Shown: one piece after another, positions 63,733-64,000 of the stretch | How positions within the stretch are numbered: position 1 is the first letter of the stretch | Layout of the letters: the number at the start of each line of letters is the position of its first letter | Assembly (NCBI GenBank): GCA_973895155.1 | Contig: OZ316898.1 | Coordinates: forward strand, 10,010,286 to 10,074,285 | Length of the DNA stretch: 64,000 nucleotides | Source of the DNA: Marsupella aquatica | Taxonomy: Eukaryota > Plantae > Marchantiophyta | Direction of reading: 5' to 3' | Translations under genes and position numbers: made by a program | Notes under the pieces: generated by a model | Told to the model about the DNA's origin: nothing | What the model saw: only the letters and a program-made list of their open reading frames with translations | Database searches by the model: none

Positions 63733-64000
63733 CTTGACAATGATTGACTAATTTAAAAGCTTAATACTGGAAGGGCACATGCCGATTGCGAGTCCTGACC
63801 TTTTCATGGATTAGAGACAGAATTACTCTATGTTACAAAATAATTGTCAGATTTTCAAAATAAATTGCTTTTCGAGAAACTTGATGAGAAAGGTTGAATT
63901 GAATTCCTTTGCTGCAGGAATACAATTCTCAGTGAACTGTCAAATTGTAGAAGCTCCCAACCGTGCTGGAGGGAAAAACTGTCTCCGCATGTGAATAGGG

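Overview
Eukaryotic nuclear DNA from a land plant, probably non-seed (bryophyte-like gene and intron style; this is inference). Supported protein genes: SEC6 exocyst subunit (987-9794 +, 25 coding exons per isoform); RH41/DDX59 helicase (17640-19868 +); cytochrome c6A (21694-24142 -); a small acidic protein (26680-27066 +); a four-Cys-pair CX9C protein (30446-30754 -); SMC2 (38145-46156 -, 20 exons); a divergent ACBP-like protein ending in SRL (56886-57359 +); and a PNGase with an intronless coding region (61897-63732 +). There is also a 530-aa orphan ORF (50316-51908 -). Mobile DNA: a 4,769-bp MULE-like element (215-bp TIRs, exact 9-bp TSD) carrying an unknown ORF and a 5'-truncated CRE-like non-LTR retrotransposon, a second decayed CRE-like copy, a probable tRNA-headed SINE family and a short dispersed repeat. 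The most striking observation is a pair of tandem homologous 70-nt exons in SEC6 (7615-7684 and 7728-7797), 43 nt apart, which has the architecture of mutually exclusive exons. All homology calls come from remembered family motifs, not from database searches.
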